From the NCBI GenBank assembly GCA_965153285.1, contig OZ229115.1: a stretch of DNA of 64,000 nt; one strand, given 5' to 3'. Source of the DNA: Podarcis tiliguerta. Lineage: Eukaryota. The position numbers were made by a program, and so were the translations under genes. The notes below the pieces were generated by a model. That model did not search any database. It saw only the letters and a list, made by a program, of their open reading frames with translations, and was not told the DNA's origin. Of this stretch, positions 60,455 through 64,000 are shown in pieces; position 1 is the first letter of the stretch, and every line of letters begins with the position of its first letter.

Positions 60455-62449
60455 TGTGTGTGTGTATAAAATAAAATTTATACACCATGATGTACACCAC
60501 GATTTACAAAAAGATGGAGAATAAAGTCAAGAAAAATTAAAAACTTAAAACATACAAAAGTATAAATAAGTATTTTTGTACATTTATAAGCACTGTTGTA
60601 TCTTTATATTTGCTGGTTACTTTGGGGAACCTGGGGTGTATCATACACATATAGTATTATATGTATATTAATGCTGATAATATGCTAGAATTGTTTGCAT
60701 TTTTACTGGAAGCAGGGTGGCTGGGTTTCTGCTTGTTCTTTTGTAAACCATTTTTGGTATAGACTAGCCTAGATAAATAAATTATTCTTGAAGGCTATGG
60801 TCAGGAAGGGGATTGATGAGTGAAGCCTTTGTGCATTTTTTATAAGCCTCAGCACCCTCTGCATATTCAAGTGGCATCAGATACAAATAGGTTAGAGAAA
60901 TAGGTTAGGGAAATTGAGATATATTTGCAATGGTTTAAAACAAACAAACAAAAAAAGCAGGGAAGAAACACAATAAGGCACTAAACTGAAAAGAAATCTC
61001 AACATTTTCCTCATTTCCCTCATTCCCACGCTCCTGGGTAATTCCACAACCGATACATTTATAAACAGCTTTGTACAAGAGCATGCAATAATGGGCAGGT
61101 GCTCAGACACACACCCCAGCAGACAGAGAAGTGGATAAATATCAAGGCAGCCAATGATATAAAGAGATGTCAAAGAATTCCAGCAGGAATGGCAGTGGAA
61201 ATTGCCAATGCCCACATATTCATCTTATGTCTGGAAAGAAAATCAATCCAGTGAATTCAACTGGTATTCACTGTGTTGTTTTCAGTCTGCAAATAATAGG
61301 GATAGGTAATTGATGACATTTGCATTGTCTTTTCTTTTGCATTATGTTTCTCCATAAAGGCTCAGAGAAGTCAGAAAATCCTACAGATACTATAGATACC
61401 AAAAGCGATCTCTGCCCAAGCATTTTATGGTCTAGCTTTACATTGCGCTTCCCAAGTACACAGGTTTTTGCAGACTTCAGCTTAAAACCATGTAATTGAA
61501 CATCAAGAGCCCAAGTTATGACTACTCACCTCAATCATGGGCTGATTTTCCAGTCTGAAGAGTATCCAAAATCTCCCAGAAGCCTTGCTGTGAATATGTG
61601 GTTATTCTGTACTTCTCAGAATGCAACACTGCCACTTCTGCTTGCTTCCCAATAAAAATAAGGTCAGGTTGCTTTTCTCAAGAGAGAACGTGCCAGGCCC
61701 AGAAACCTAGCAATTACATCACACTGTAATATATAATCACATAGCCATAATCTGAGGATTTAACAAACCCTTACATGTTTTGTTTGTATTTTGTTCAACT
61801 GCCACACCCAACCTGCTTCCAGGCTATCATAACATCCTGTGCTTTACTCTCACCGTCCCAGACACGGTGCAAGAAATCCATACCACTTTTTAAACTCCGC
61901 AAGCAAACAGATATTAAAATTCATGCCACATCAAATAGCAATTTATAATTGCTTCTCAGCCTTCTGGCTAATATCAAAGTATCTGTTCTTATCAGTTGAA
62001 TATGTAATACAGTATGTTGTCTATGTAAGGACACAGTGTGAATCCAATTTTGGAACCAGGAGTTGGATATGAGGCTTGGTCCACCCACGACATGCATTGA
62101 CCTGATATTGCAGGGCCCAGTGCAATTTCTTTTTTGGTTTAGGAACAGGTGAGTGAGTTCTTTAACTGTTTTCCATTCTCGTCAATGACCGAAATAAATC
62201 GATTCATTCATTAACTTGTTTTCACAAGTATGTTACGAAAAGTTGGTGTTTTTTTAAAAAAAAAAAGTTGGTGTAAACATAGAGATTAGATTGGCAACTG
62301 ACACGTTTTCCTTTTTCTCCCATGTTGGAGTTTTGTAGTAATTGTTCCTCCATTTCTTTGTTCTTTATGACAGCCATCTTCAAAGGGCCGCCACATGCAA
62401 GATGGATCAAGCTTGTTTTCTCCTGTTTTGGGGGCTGGGACCGGACCCA

Positions 62450-62655
62450 TGAAGGTAAATGGCATTTCCGTGCCCTCTGGCGCTCATCACGGTGTCCTGT
62501 TGTGACAGAAGCAGTTTAGTCATGCCAACGACATGACCTAGAAAGCTGTCTGTGTACAAACACCGGCTCCCTCGGCCTGGAAGCGAGATGAGTGCCACAC
62601 CCCATAGTCACCCTTGACTGGATTTAACTGTCCAGGGTTCCTTTACCTTTACCTA
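62450..62655 (+). mobile_element. Sauria SINE 3' portion
   Basis: gaaggtaaatggcatttccgtg ... gcgagatgagtgcc ... cctttacctttaccta tail. Confidence 0.75.
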
Positions 62656-62665
62656 TTTTACCTAA

Positions 62666-62928
62666 GGGCTTATTCACATCTCCATTTCCCCTGCTGATTT
62701 CCCTCCGGGAAACCCAATCTGTAGAGCTGAATTGGATCAAACAGCAATTGGGCTTTCTGTGGATTGCCATTTGTTCTGATTTAGCATTAAAGAGCAGATT
62801 TTCAAGGGGAAAGTAGTGGGGTAAATGCAAAACTGCTCAGACTTGTGCCTAGAATGCACTGGACCAGTGGAAAATTGCTTGGACCCATGCTTTCTAGACA
62901 CTGGACAAGCAGAAGTGTGATCAAGCCC
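62666..62928. mobile_element. PIF/Harbinger-like MITE
   Basis: Ends gggcttattcacat / gtgtgatcaagccc with 3-bp TAA duplications. Confidence 0.55.
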
Positions 62929-64000
62929 TAAATTGTTGTTCTTCACATGGTTATAATGAAGATTCATTAGAAATGGCCTAGCGTTGATGTAACTTTGACT
63001 TCTTAATTCTGAGGCTGTACAGTGCTCAATATTAGCAGCAGGGTAAGAGCTCTGGGACTTTCTTGTGATAAGCTATCCTGTCTGGCCTGCACATGGAGTC
63101 TTCACTTAACTACCATGGCTAAAAGATGTTAATTAGCTATCCATCAATTTATCAAATTTTCCATCAAAAGTCATTTAAGCTAGTAGTCCCCCACATATTG
63201 TGCTACAGAATTCCCACCTTGAGAAGATGCACTTCCTTTTCTCTACTCTGAACCTACTACTAACTAACTTAAAGCAGTGTTACCAAATAGTATTATAAGA
63301 TAGAGAAAAATATTGTCTCTATCCATTGGCCCAGTTTGCACATAAAGTTAAAAAAATGATTTAATGTAATGAGGACAAGCTGTGCCTCTCCTCCTGGGAG
63401 AGTTTCTGCATTAACCACAGTTTAACATTACATTAACCCTAAACTATGATTAACCTTAACTACAGTATGTTGAAACAAGCCAGCTTCTTAAACTATACCT
63501 TGAAGTAAGTGTCTTTCTGCTAGAGTTTGTTCTGATACAGATGACACAGCAAGCTGCAGTTAATGAACAAAAGCAAAAGCTTCCAACCTCCTAATGGCTG
63601 AACCAGAGGAGGAGCGAGGCACAAGCCCAAGGCTTATCTAGGATCATCCTCATCCTATTAAATCAGGAGTGAGAAACATGTGGCCCACCAAATGCTGTTG
63701 AACTCCTAACCCCCTGCAACCCCAGCCTGAATGGCTGATGGTCAGTGAGGATCAATGTCACCTGGGGACCACAGAATACACACACTCCATCATGTCTACA
63801 CAAACTGCTTACTAAATTAAAATACCATTACATTTTAAAATAGTTAACTGTTATCTGCAATTAATTTTGTATATTAAATCAATTGGCCTTTGCTTTCTAG
63901 TAGGTGAGGTAAGGGAAACAAAAGTATTCCCTTCTCAGGTCACTACCCAATGCATGCTGCACAGGTAGCAACATAATGAACTCCGAGCCAAGTCAGACAC

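Noticed and set aside
56200-64000. ALG14, the expected neighbour upstream of TLCD4 by human synteny
   Set aside because: No ALG14-like exon or additional CpG island recognised in this interval.

Overview
Vertebrate genomic DNA from a squamate reptile (Sauria-type and other squamate SINEs; a lacertid lizard is my inference). Three spliced genes lie in tandem on the minus strand. (1) TLCD4/TMEM56: CpG-island first exon near 55.7 kb, six coding exons 46980->32686, 263 aa. (2) A complete holocytochrome c synthase (HCCS-like) gene: CpG-island first exon near 18.5 kb, six coding exons 16368->10079, 267 aa, with one GC-AG intron. (3) The first coding exon of RWDD3 (3049->2965). An HCCS gene between TLCD4 and RWDD3 is unexpected, because in human those two genes are direct neighbours and HCCS is on Xp22. 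The most striking structure is a 3.4-kb palindromic Penelope-like retroelement (21392-24800). It consists of two 5'-truncated RT + GIY-YIG copies joined head-to-head, with 1652-bp apparently identical arms, a 75-bp spacer and an (AT)n target. Each arm ends in a minimal hammerhead ribozyme whose loop carries the ORF stop codon, and the protein has a long C-terminal tail with repeated TRS(R/Q) motifs. The rest is introns and intergenic DNA with L2 fragments, SINEs (one Sauria SINE with a 5' inversion), Tc1/mariner, hAT and Harbinger-type MITEs, and a second solo Penelope-type hammerhead. Repeat family names come from motif recognition, not database searches.
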